A stretch of 62,046 nucleotides of DNA, counting the filler, from Albugo candida (taxonomy: Eukaryota): the NCBI GenBank assembly GCA_040437565.1. It is 11 parts of 11 records of this genome, joined end to end, with 100 filler letters (N's around TTAATTAATTAA, not from the genome) between each part and the next. Parts side by side here need not be neighbours in the genome. Positions count along the whole stretch, not along the records: positions 34,603 to 40,056 come from JBDOQK010000157.1; positions 40,157 to 45,597 come from JBDOQK010000158.1; positions 45,698 to 51,133 come from JBDOQK010000159.1; 8 more parts are not named here. One strand, written 5' to 3'. Numbering within the stretch: the first letter of the stretch is position 1; every line of letters begins with the position of its first letter. Positions 39,322 to 50,400 of the stretch are shown piece after piece. Under the pieces are notes generated by a model. That model saw only the letters and a program-made list of their open reading frames with translations, made no database searches and had not been told where the DNA came from. The translations under genes were made by a program, and so were the position numbers.

Positions 39322-39768
39322 TCATAGATCAGGGTGATGTGTTAATTCATTAATACCATCTCTTTCAGCTGAGGGTATAATAAATACAGCACAAACACAC
39401 TCTTCGTTACCACATTCACACATGTATTCGTCTTCATCGCTTGCATAATAGTATTGTTTGTCTTCTTCTTCGAAATAGTACCCTTCACCTTCAAGGTCTT
39501 CGTACTGAATATCTTCAGTGTCGGCTTCTTTGTTTTCCAGTCTATCAACATAAACTTCAAACCTGTCAAACATATCTAATACTTCTGCATCAATAAGATT
39601 GTCATTATAATCTTCTTCTACGACAGCTTCGAATTGTCTATTGTTGGTTTTTTCAGGGCCAAGAATAGAAAACTCTTCGTCAAAAAGTGTCAAGTGGTTA
39701 TTATCCGTACTAGGCACAGTTTGTTCTTCTTCTTCATCAAAAAAATTGTTAAAATAAGCGTTGATCAT
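39322..39768 (-). CDS. Small, highly acidic hypothetical protein (148 aa) with C-terminal CxCxxxxCxC
   Basis: ATG at 39768 (MINAYFNN...); D/E-rich throughout; YMCECGNEECVC near the end; convergent with the transposase. Confidence 0.6.
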   Translation of the reverse strand: MINAYFNNFFDEEEEQTVPSTDNNHLTLFDEEFSILGPEKTNNRQFEAVVEEDYNDNLIDAEVLDMFDRFEVYVDRLENKEADTEDIQYEDLEGEGYYFEEEDKQYYYASDEDEYMCECGNEECVCAVFIIPSAERDGINELTHHPDL

Positions 39769-40056
39769 GTTTTTTATAGGTTTATTAGTTAGATGTGTGG
39801 TAGCAAGAAAAAAATAAGGTTGGATGTGCAAAGAATATATTAGTGTAGAGTGCTGTGTTCTATTTTTTATATCCCAATAAAGAAATGCATTTTGAAGTTT
39901 TAATCTTCATCTGATAATACTTTTTCGAATTAAAGTTTGACTTTTAGTTGAAATGGACGTAGGTTGACAAATAGAGCATATGAGTGATAGGAGTAAAACG
40001 AATTAAAGCAAATAAAAACAAATGGATATGGGGGTCGTAACGACAATGACCGCATA

Positions 40057-40156
40057 NNNNNNNNNNNNNNNNNNNNNNNNNNNNNNNNNNNNNNNNNNNN
40101 TTAATTAATTAANNNNNNNNNNNNNNNNNNNNNNNNNNNNNNNNNNNNNNNNNNNN
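40057..40156. other. Artificial contig linker
   Basis: 44N-TTAATTAATTAA-44N. Confidence 0.98.
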
Positions 40157-40706
40157 TGAGTATTGCAGCACCGGGACGATGCGCGAGGTCTCCCAGTGTT
40201 GCTGACGGGCTGACAGTGCTTTTTTCTGTACAACCGGCATCGCACTTTGTGTTGGAGGTCAGTATGCGACACATTGAAAAACGCTTTGTACTGTTCTTTT
40301 ATCCACCTTATAATCGTTCGCATTCAAGGTACCTAACACGAATTCCACGAACTTTCAGTTGCTCTGCGGCTTTATAAGCTATGAATATGAATCATTCTAT
40401 CACTAGTGTAGCAACTTGCTACAATATATAATCGACACCGATACATTTCCATGTCACTTTGCCCGACTAGAGCAGCCTCAGTTTCATTTCTATGCAGCAC
40501 CCTTCCTTGACCATGCGTACGCCACTTGAGGCGTCGAATAAAGATTTATACTGTACGAGTCATTCATCCACTGAGAAATAGTCTCGTCGTGAACCACCAA
40601 AAGATATTTGACATCTTGGTGATGTGGATGCGTGAACCTTATGACTGTTCTGTAAACGCATGTCATTGTTTTATAAGTTAGAAGTACCAACCGGTCGGTA
40701 TATAAG

Positions 40707-40778
40707 AGCACTTTGGCGCAGAGGAAGCGTGTTGGGCTCATAACCCAAAGGTCGTTGGATCGAGACCAACAAGTGCTA
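40707..40778 (+). tRNA. Eukaryotic initiator tRNA-Met (CAT)
   Basis: Acceptor AGCACTT/AAGTGCT-A with A1:U72; anticodon arm TTGGG-CTCATAA-CCCAA with three G-C pairs; T-loop ATCGAGA (A54); TTTT shortly downstream. Confidence 0.95.
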
Positions 40779-40894
40779 TATAATTTTGTACATGTTACCA
40801 AGAATTCCAACCCTTATCTTGTACAGCACAGTTTTTCGGCAGTCTTGGAGGACACTAAATAGGGATTATAAAAAATATATTCCAATTTGATAAA

Positions 40895-43137
40895 GGATAT
40901 TGATATCCCGACAACTTCTTTCTATAATAAACTTTTTATTTTTCATTTTAGATTACATCATGCCTACTTAGAGTATTTTTGCCACAACTCTTTGGAGAAA
41001 TAATTAGTGGTTTTGATATCCTGACACCTTTTTTTAGAATTACATATATTCGTAATTTAGATTACGTTATGCCCACTTAAATTATTACTCCCACAACGTT
41101 TTTGAAAAATGAATAAGTTACATTTTCAACGAATAGAACTTATTTACGTCTAAGGCTAATTCTAGTATAAAAAGATACCTTCAACTGAGCTTAACACTCA
41201 TCACTAGTAGACGATTCATTGCCAGTTTGTTAAGCTATCATGCCTCGTAAAGATGCAAAAGTTATTATACACTAACGGCCGAAGGTAAAATGTGTTGAGA
41301 AATAATTCTATGGAGGAAAAATGTCTAGTTTTTTTTCACCAAAGCTTGTTCTGAATCTAACCTTGTAACCGGAATTCCGCAAGACCGCTTGTTATGGCTG
41401 ATTTTTCGCAATTGCTGCACCTGCCTTTCCCTGTGTCCGATACTCAAATGCTATGTGTCAAATGGAAATTGTCAGAGTAATAGCCTATCACAGATGAAAC
41501 ATTCTGTGTATTAGCCAACCACAAATAATTCTCGATTGGAGCTGTTGGAGCAACAACTTAGGGTGTGCATGGATGTCATTAGTTAAAAATGTAAAATCAT
41601 GTAAAGTGCATGTCACTTAAAACCAGCAACTTTAGTGGCCCTGCAAGAATCGCTAAGGCTTGGCCAAAATACAAATTACACAGAAAACAAGCCTTTGCAA
41701 CAAAGAGCATGCTCGAAGCTTCCCTTCACAAGTCTCGGATTTTATTATCTCAACTTTTCATGGAGCAGTAGCGGTGCAAAGTCGTCTGAATTTTGGCCGC
41801 TATACTTTTCGCAAGATAGTATTATGTTTCGATGAATAATATAAGTTTTGTAGGAAACTGTCAATAAAAGGTGCTACTTATCTTGTCATAACACCCACAT
41901 CCATCGAAACAGAATTGGGTACACGTCGGTGGGATGTGTACTTTTTCTCCGCATACTCTGCTTCTTTTCCGGTGAGACCTTTTCGGTAAACGTCCATGTA
42001 TCGCAAAGCTTTTCGTGAGTGTCGACATATCTCGTCCACTGGAACAGATGCCAAGGCAGCTGGAACTGTTACCAGTAAATTTCTCCAAGTGTAATCGCAG
42101 TGTTTTCTAGCGTATCGCTTAGCGGCTGCCCAAAAGTTTTCGATGTAGTTGAGCTCGCATAAAAATTTTGTGTAAAATATCACTTGATGACCAGGCGGCA
42201 ACAATTCGCTCCTGTATCATTCCTACTTGTGCTTTGAAGTCTGACTGATTGGCAAATTTTTTTCTGGCGCAGCAGGTTGCACTATCCACAGGACATATTT
42301 TGCATTGCGCCTTCAGGCCAGGTTCCCACAGCCCACGTTCCTCCAGTACAACTTTCAGTACCTTTGCCTGACCACGGAGCGTTTTGTCAGCGACAAAGTC
42401 AATTCTTCGCCCTCTAGACAGAGTGTTGCCAAAGTGTGCTAGCTAATATTCGCGCATATCCAAATTTTACCAGCTGAAGATAAGAAAGAATTGCAAGTCG
42501 TCGGTTTGCTCGGCTTTACCAGTCTTTGCTCAGCCTTCTTCAGTTCGTCTCTTTTCCGTCTTTGAGTTCGATGTGCACCACCTGTATATTGGATTGGCCT
42601 GTTATGGTTTAATCCTGGTAACGGTAGAGCTATAACAGCTGCTTGATAGGCTCTTCCAATATTTGCTTCAACAGATGCGAAGTCGAAATTTTCGTCATCA
42701 TTGCCCTCTGAAACATGCAGTGCCTCTCCAGAAATGCTATCAGTAGACATATGAGTGCCTGATGTGTTATCGGTTTTGGCGCGCTTGACCTCTCTCATTC
42801 CCGCATCTGCCTTTTTAAATTTGTTAGGCGAGGCATAATTGTACGATATTTGTCGGAATGTAGGTTGATGGTTGAGGTTTCATGCGGGTAAGTAGTCAGT
42901 GGCGATGACTGAGCCTAGGTCTGGGCAAGGACGATTGTTTATGATGTACTTTTAGCCAATCAGCAGCGGCAACATTATAGGGTAAAATGATCCGAAAATG
43001 GGCCATTCAAAATCAGGGTTTGCTGGTTTTAAGTGTCATGCACCGTATGTATTTTTGCAAAAAAGAAGAAGCTGTGAGTGTGATAATTCAACTAGGCATG
43101 TTGTAATTCAAAAATAAGTTGTCGGGATATTAGTACC
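40895..43137. mobile_element. Non-autonomous TIR element with GG..CC ends (possibly Merlin-like), inserted in the MULE TIR
   Basis: Left GGATATTGATATCCCGACAACTT versus reverse complement of right end GGTACTAATATCCCGACAACTT; flanks TTTGATAAA / TTTCAACAAA resemble a decayed 8-9 bp TSD. Superfamily is uncertain. Confidence 0.7.
41604..43045 (-). mobile_element. IS630/Tc1/mariner-superfamily element with TA TSD and an internally deleted transposase (41878-42836)
   Basis: TA|AAGTGCATGTCACTTAAAACCAGCAA versus reverse complement TA|CGGTGCATGACACTTAAAACCAGCAA. Peptides GQAKG..VVLEERGLW and GHQVIFYTKFLCELNYIENFWAAAKRYAR..RYMDVYRKGL..KKYTSHRRV. Confidence 0.85.
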
Positions 43138-43289
43138 TTTCAACAAATAAATAAAAAAATACATACCAAGGATGTATACTATACGTACGGATATACACAG
43201 GCCTAGGATTATAAAGAGGAAAACCCAGTCTTGGATGAAAAACCTCTGATCAATGACGCATTATGTAGTATGGATTAGGAAGCATAGAA

Positions 43290-44969
43290 TTATGCGTCCC
43301 TTATTGGAAAGGTCCTACGATTATGGCCAAAATGGTTACACATTGCATATCTCGTTCGGCGCTTTTGCATTTTCTCAGTAGCTTGTTGCAATGGAATCCG
43401 CTTCCTCTTTGGACGCCCTTTTTTTCTCATCATAGATGGAGCGTCGCACACACCTCTTGTGAGATCATTTTTCAGCACGATTGGCATTATGACATCGTCA
43501 AATCTCTCAGAACAGGCGGCCGAAAACGTCTATGATTCCAGGAGTCATGAAAATACGTGACCATGTTGGGCAATTTCCTGGAATGATTCAATGCTAGTAA
43601 TGCATGAATGCAAGGCGAGCCAACATCTTCGAAGCAACCACACGAGCATCGCACAACTTCATCGCGGAATTGAACTGCAAATTTAACCGGAATACTCCCC
43701 ACCCCTGAGAGGATTGCGACGATGTAGCAACAGTTCGAGCATTCATCAATTTCACCCCACCTCGCAGCGGCCATTGTTTTATCCAACTTTCGTGATGCAT
43801 ATGGAGTTAGTACTCCCCAGCCTTTCACTTTGCCGATATTTTCAGCCCACTTGAACGCCACGTAACGTTCGATTCCCATTAAGCAGTCGATGATAGGAAG
43901 AGTCCGAATTCCCTTCGACACGCTGTTTACCGCCTCCACGTTGTTTGATGTCAAAGTGTTGTATCTTGGACATGGTGAGTTAGCCACACCAGCGCACTGC
44001 TGTTCAAATTGGCGATATTCGCCTTCGCCTTCTCGTACTCCACCGTTGTCCGTGAAAGAGCCAATATCCACGCCAAATTCTTCAACAGCTTGGACTTGTA
44101 TTTTCTGTTGAAAGTTCTAGTGCCGATATAAGCATAGCTTCCATAAGTAAGTCCCGTGTCTCTATCGGGTATCACGAATACAGGGTATGGATGGAGGTGA
44201 GAGAGTAGGAGCTTCAGAAACCAGCTCCTAATATCTTCATTCTCTACCGACACGAGCCCAGCTCCGATAATTTGCATCTCGTTGTTTCCATTTCGAAAGC
44301 ACGCAACAAGAAGTACCCCACCGATTGATGTTTTTATGAATGTGCCGTCCACGGATATCCCACGCTCACTGTATGACTTATATGCTTGGAGCCCTTCACG
44401 GAAATGATACTCAACCGCATGAATCCATCATCTACGATTTTGAGCTTGGCTTCGTGGCCTCGAATGTTTAGTGCAGCCATGTAGGAATGGAGCTGCATTG
44501 CTCAATATCACATCCGTATAACTCAAGCTTCAACTTTTTGAGTGCTTCACCACAGTTCATATATGTGGCGGAAATCCCTTCGTTCCTCAACTTCGTTTGG
44601 ATCATCACGGGAGTCACTTTCCTATCGGATATTATGGCCATATCTTTGACTGCAGGATTTAAAGCAATTTGATTTGCAGTTGTATATCTACGAGACGGCT
44701 TTGACGATTTGGATACTTCACAGGAGTGCAAATCAAACTTCTTTGGAGGGCTGAATGCTCACGAAAAGGCAAACTGCATAACGAAGAAACAGCCCTGTTG
44801 TGTGTACACTGCTTTATAATGCCGTTTGTCACTTGACACCACACGAAACGGACGGTTACATTCTCGGCTGTATTCAATTACTGCTTGAATTATATCATTC
44901 TTATTGGCATAAACCCTGTTCTCGAAGAAGCTGCTGCTGCTGCTACTTTGCTGTTCTTCGTCCTCGCAT
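43290..44969 (-). pseudogene. Disrupted MULE/SWIM transposase of family 2
   Basis: DGTFIKTSIGGVLLVACFRNGNNEMQIIG..ENED.WFL..IPDRDTGL, TSNNVEAVN, CSCGCFEDVGSPCIHAL, GRPKRKRI and a degenerate knuckle; many frameshifts. Confidence 0.88.
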
Positions 44970-45513
44970 TATATCGCTGGTATTAAAATGTGTATTGTGT
45001 ATATCCGTGGGTATAGTATACAGCCCTGGTATATATTTTTTATTTATTTATCAAATTGGTATATTTTCTCTTATAATCCCCACCAAATATTTATAAATTG
45101 TAAATGTTGACAAGCTCTCAATTAGTGTTGTTTCCGACGCTACGAATGAATGCTTGATAGCCTATATATGATAGAAGATGACTAACCCGACCGAAAAAGC
45201 AATTCTACCATGCATGGTTGAAAAACAAAAGGAAAAAAGCATATTAGGATGTACATCCGCCAAGTGTTGTCCTTTTTTTCAGCTGATTTATTTATTTGTT
45301 GATTTCTCAATCATATGAAACCAATGAGCACTGTTACGCATATCTGATGAGGAAGAAATCCACATCAGGATAATCCTCGAAGTGCCTCACAAGCTAGTCA
45401 CGAACTTCCTTATGCTGTAAACTCCAATTGAATTGCTTTTACATTATTATAAAAGATTTGGGGTTTTGAAAAACAATTTTTTCTTTTTTTTTTTTTTTTC
45501 CGTGTACAAAATT

Positions 45514-45597
45514 TCCGAGTGGCCGGAATCGAACCAGCGACCAATTGATATCGGTGTACACTACAGTCAATCGCTCTACCAACTGAGCTACACTCGG
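45514..45597 (-). tRNA. tRNA-Tyr (GTA) with an 11-nt intron (45550-45560)
   Basis: Reverse complement reads CCGAGTG TAGCTCAGTTGGTAGAGC G ATTGA CTGTAG [TGTACACCGAT] A TCAAT TGGTC GCTGG TTCGATT CCGGC CACTCGG A, with TTTT just downstream. The 5' end coincides with the contig end. Confidence 0.95.
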
Positions 45598-45697
45598 NNN
45601 NNNNNNNNNNNNNNNNNNNNNNNNNNNNNNNNNNNNNNNNNTTAATTAATTAANNNNNNNNNNNNNNNNNNNNNNNNNNNNNNNNNNNNNNNNNNNN
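45598..45697. other. Artificial contig linker
   Basis: 44N-TTAATTAATTAA-44N. Confidence 0.98.
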
Positions 45698-46001
45698 TTA
45701 TAGATCAGATTTGATTATTTGATAGCTACTTCTTATAGGAATTATGTAGTCGTCACCACATGTCCCTCCTCCAGTTTCAACAAGGTTGAAAACGGCCAAA
45801 TATAATATAGAAAGGGGTTACGACGGAATAATGTCGGTCTGGCCATATAATATCGCCTTTTATGATAATTTATTTAAAGTACAGCTGTATAAGATTTAGT
45901 AGGCGTGGTCAAGATGACATCGACAATTAATTATACCAGGAGAAATTTATTTCCTGCGTTAAAATTTATACCCTTTATTATTATTATTATTATAAATGGA
46001 A

Positions 46002-47468
46002 TTAAATACGACGTTGTCGCTTTGGAGTAGAATTATTTGTAGCATTATGTGTAGTGGAGATAGATCGTTTCCGGATATTAGTCTTATCTTCACCTTTATT
46101 TCGCAGATTACGAGTGGACGATCTAGTAGGTACCTTGTCACTAGCCTGACCTTTAGTTTTTGAATTATTATTAATAGACGTCTTTTGTTTCTTTGCAGAT
46201 TTATTGTCAGATGCTTCGACTAAAGCTCTGTTACGTTCCTGTTCAAGTTCTTTTAATTGTCGAACTTTCTTCCAGTATTGGCGAATGGTTTCAGGAGAGG
46301 AGAACGCGTCTTCAGCTAGCCAAGTTGATTCTCGATCAGAATAACCTTTCCATTTCACCAAATATTCACGATCTCGAGTACCGCCACGATGGTCTCGAAT
46401 ATCTTCAACCTCATATAATTCATCTTCAATAGAAGTTTCATCAATATTGACAACTTTAAGTTCGGATGGAGTATAGTTACGATGCAAAAGTTCATTAGTT
46501 TCATCACGAAGAATATAGTTATTATGTTGTGTTTTTCCACAAACGGTATATGGTCCTGCATAAGCAGGTGACATTTTGGAAGCTCTGGCTTCTAATTTAA
46601 CCATGACTGTAGTTCCAATAGGTATATCAATAAGATAATGTTTCTTATTGTATTTTTTGTCAAATTCTTCAACTAACTTCATTGTTCGTTCCTTAATTGC
46701 AGGAAAGACAAGAGTACTCATGACTTCAGCACGTTGGATCAACTCTTCCTCATTTAGATATTTGTTAGGGATAGGTTGTTTGTCATTATTTGATGAATTA
46801 GAAGTTGGATTAAGGATATTAAGTTTTCTAGCATACATCAATGAAAAGGGAGCCGAACCAGTACGACTTCTAACCTTTAAATTGCAACATAGTTGAGCAG
46901 TAGGCAAATGTTCGTCCCAATTGTTAATATCATTATTACATAACTTTCGAAGGGTAGTGGTGATTATCTTAACAGCTTGTTCAGCAACCCCATTTCCCTC
47001 GGAATGATATGGAAGCGAATATCGATGTTCTAATCCCATTGCTTTGAAGACGTCTTTAAATAGTTTATTAGTAAATTCACCGCCATTATCTGATTGGGAA
47101 ATATGTCCTACAATAGGAAGGCCATAATCTCCAAAGATTTGTACAAGCGCCTTGACTACAGTATCACTTTGTTTATTCTTTAATGGACGCGCGATAATGT
47201 ATTTAGTACAGACATCAACAACAACTAGGATATAGACATTATCATTTTCGGATACAGGTAAGGGTCCACATAGATCCATAGCTATGTGACCAAAGGGTTC
47301 AAAACAAACAATAGACTTTTTAGGGTTATATCCTCTTTTGGTAATAGTATGTAATGCACATGGCTTACAAGCTTTAATTACTGCTTCACAATCTTTATAC
47401 ATTGTATTCCAATAAAGACCTTCTGATAACAAATGTTTTGTTACGGCTTCAATACCAAAGTGTCCCAT
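46002..47468 (-). CDS. Integrase plus chromodomain; continuation of pol after a frameshift near 47480
   Basis: H..GHFG..CKPC zinc finger, IAMDLCGP, SDNGGEF, GNGVAE, GPY motif, chromodomain YEVEDIRDHRG..EYLVKWKGYS..STW. Confidence 0.9.
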   Translation of the reverse strand: MGHFGIEAVTKHLLSEGLYWNTMYKDCEAVIKACKPCALHTITKRGYNPKKSIVCFEPFGHIAMDLCGPLPVSENDNVYILVVVDVCTKYIIARPLKNKQSDTVVKALVQIFGDYGLPIVGHISQSDNGGEFTNKLFKDVFKAMGLEHRYSLPYHSEGNGVAEQAVKIITTTLRKLCNNDINNWDEHLPTAQLCCNLKVRSRTGSAPFSLMYARKLNILNPTSNSSNNDKQPIPNKYLNEEELIQRAEVMSTLVFPAIKERTMKLVEEFDKKYNKKHYLIDIPIGTTVMVKLEARASKMSPAYAGPYTVCGKTQHNNYILRDETNELLHRNYTPSELKVVNIDETSIEDELYEVEDIRDHRGGTRDREYLVKWKGYSDRESTWLAEDAFSSPETIRQYWKKVRQLKELEQERNRALVEASDNKSAKKQKTSINNNSKTKGQASDKVPTRSSTRNLRNKGEDKTNIRKRSISTTHNATNNSTPKRQRRI

Positions 47469-50400
47469 GCTGTGAGCTTGTTTAATTTTTCTCTCTCTTC
47501 AATAGAAGGAGCAATATGGTCTAAAGTTGCCTTTTTATATTCTTCCTTGGACAATTTCATCGCTAGAATTGCCAAGTCTTTATCTTTATTATGTTTAATA
47601 GCTTTTCTTTTAATAAAACTTTCTTTCGTATCATTGTCTGATTTAGCTCTTTTAATTAAAATTGCCTTTTCTAATTTTCTGATAAGAGCATCTTCTTGAC
47701 TTCTTTGATCGATTTCTTCATCAATAGGAGGGTAGAGTCGAGAGATTCTATCAGGTAATATATTATCAATTCCTTTTATATGTGTAATATTAATATAACC
47801 ATATTCATTTAGGATTTCGATATAAGATTGTAAATTATTGGATAGATATGTACTAGTATATAAATAGACCAAGGATGAATGATCAACTCTTGCTTCAAAA
47901 TTGGGATGTCCCAATAAAATAGATCGATATCGTTGCAAACCAAAAATGAGTGCAGCAATCTCTCTACGATTGGTACTCCATCTTCTTTGATGTTCATTTA
48001 ATGATTTACTAGCTAATGCAATATATTTGTCACGACCATACTTATCCTTACAGAATAATACTGCGGACAACCCATAACAACTAGCGTCAGTTTGTAAATA
48101 CAATTTCTGATTAAGATCTACATTGTGTAATATTAAATTGGCTTGTAAAATTTCTTTAATGGCTTCTAGTCTTTTGGTATGATCTTCAGTCCATTTATTC
48201 TTAATATCTTTTTCATTTCTTAATTGATCTAATGGAGCAGTTAACTTAGATATCGCAGGGATATAATTTCTCATAAAGGAAATTACACTCATTAACGATC
48301 TAACTTGCGACATGGTTGTTGGTACCTTCCATTGGTCAATAGTGGATAATCTTCTAATATCTAGCTTAGTTATACCAGGACCTACTACAAAGCCTAATGT
48401 ATAAATGCATGTTTTAAAGAATTGAGATTTACCAAAGTTAATTTTTAAATTGCTATTTGTTAACTTGTCAATGACAGTTTTTACTAAATTGGCATGAATA
48501 TCAGGTTTACTATACAAAAGCACATCATCTACATAGGCTTCTACACCTTCAATGTCAGACAAGATGATTTTCATCACCTTACAAAATAGTTGACTAATTG
48601 TACGGAGACCGAAACAACAGGCTTTCCATTTATATGTCTTTCCATCAAAAGTAAATGATAATACTTCTTGATCAGGTTCATATACTTTAAAAGAGTGATA
48701 AGCATTTTTCAAATCCAATTTAGTATAGACCATATTTTCCTTAGCGACTTTTTCAAAAATATCTTGAATATTAGGAATACAATAGTCTTCTCTATATTCT
48801 TCAGAAATGTTAGCATTAATTCGTCTAAGGTCACAAACTACACGATGCTTGGTGATGTTTCCTTCTTCATCTTTCTTTGGAACAACCCATAAGGCAGAAT
48901 TATAACGACTGGATGGTTTTGTTTCAACAACTAAACCATTCTCTAGCCATTCTTTTAACTGTTCATTAATTACAGGATAATAGCTTTTTGCTAATGGATA
49001 TTGTCTAGTGTAACAATTTGCAGCATTTCTTTTAATCGGAATTCTAACGATTGATTCTGGAACATTGCAGAAACTTCCTAATTTAATTGCATTATTGTTA
49101 TCAATAGATCCTTGAATAAAATTCATAAATTGTTTACGTTCATCTTCTGTCCCAAAATCACTATTTTCAGGATCAAATTTATTATCACTATCAAAATTAA
49201 TATTTTCAAATTGCATATCTTCAATTATGGGATCATCGGGAAATCGATAAGCCACACCAGTTAAACTAATGCCTAATTTGCTTAAAGTATCCTTTCCAAG
49301 AAGTATGTCAAATTTGGTACTAATTACATCCGAAAATTCAACCACTTCAAATGGATGTTTAAATTGAATATCATTAATATATCTTATAGTTAAAGGATCT
49401 GTTTGTCCAATTCTCTTTCTCTTAGTTTTATCAAGGAAAATTATATTGCCATCAACTTCATGAATGTTTACATTTTTAAATTTCTCATTTTTATTTAAAA
49501 TATATTTATTTATACAAGTAACATCAGAACCGGTATCAATCTTAGCCAAGAATCTCTCTCCTTCTATTAAAATAGGAGTAATTAGTCTAAATAGATCCTT
49601 ATTGTCTTTTGTGTTATCTTTTTGATACTTACAGTCATACAATGCTGTACTCATATTACCCATAGCTTCAGCGAGATTTTCCTCGTCAGGATCCTTCATC
49701 TCAATATCACCATCATTTTTATTTACCATCAGAATAACCTTATCCTTTTCAGAATTTCCTTTCTTAACATCATAATATTCCTGACAACGGTGATTCTTAT
49801 CCCAAAGTTTGCCACAGAATTTACATGGTTTATTGGATGATGATTTTCTTGGAATATTTTTGTTACCTAGATATTTAGGTTTTTCAAAAGAAGTGTTGTT
49901 AGTAATGACCCTATTTTCAGGTGTTCTTTTAATTTTGTTACCTTCTTTTTTGGAAAAGCAGTCTTTTTCATCATGACTGTCATTAGGTCCGCCATGTTTA
50001 GAACAAAAAAATTTTTTGTCCTTCTTTGCTTCACCCTTTCTTTTCTTATCAAATCTGTTTCCAGAATGATTATAATGATCATTAAATGACCTTTTATTTC
50101 CCATAGTGCGATCACCAAAGATATCATTGGCAGCAGTAGTAATTTCATCAATAGTGCGAAGACTATTTTTATCAGCATCAGAGTTATAATTCGCTAGCAA
50201 AACGGTGTTGACCTGGGTCTGCCATTCTTCCGGGAAACCATTGAAATAGAAGTCAGCCAAAGTAGTGTCATTTTTCTTGTAACCAGCTTCAGAAGCAGCA
50301 CGAGTGAAGCGTAAATAATATTCATTTACGGTTTCATGATTAGACATATGCATATTGATCACCCTTCTTTTGGCTTGTAACACGGCTTGACTAGAACCAA

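Larger units (their letters stand above)
40862..45080 (-). mobile_element. MULE family 2 element with both TIRs and a 9-bp TSD; its left TIR is split by nested insertions
   Basis: Ends GGGATTATAA.. and ..TTATAATCCC. TSD CACTAAATA (40853-40861) versus CACCAAATA (45081-45089). The left TIR resumes at ~43140 (AAATAAATAAAAAAATACATACCAAGGATGTATACTATAC). Confidence 0.9.

Noticed and set aside
45514..45760. Gypsy element inserted next to tRNA-Tyr (Ty3-like targeting)
   Set aside because: The two are separated by an artificial linker and belong to different contigs and compositional classes.
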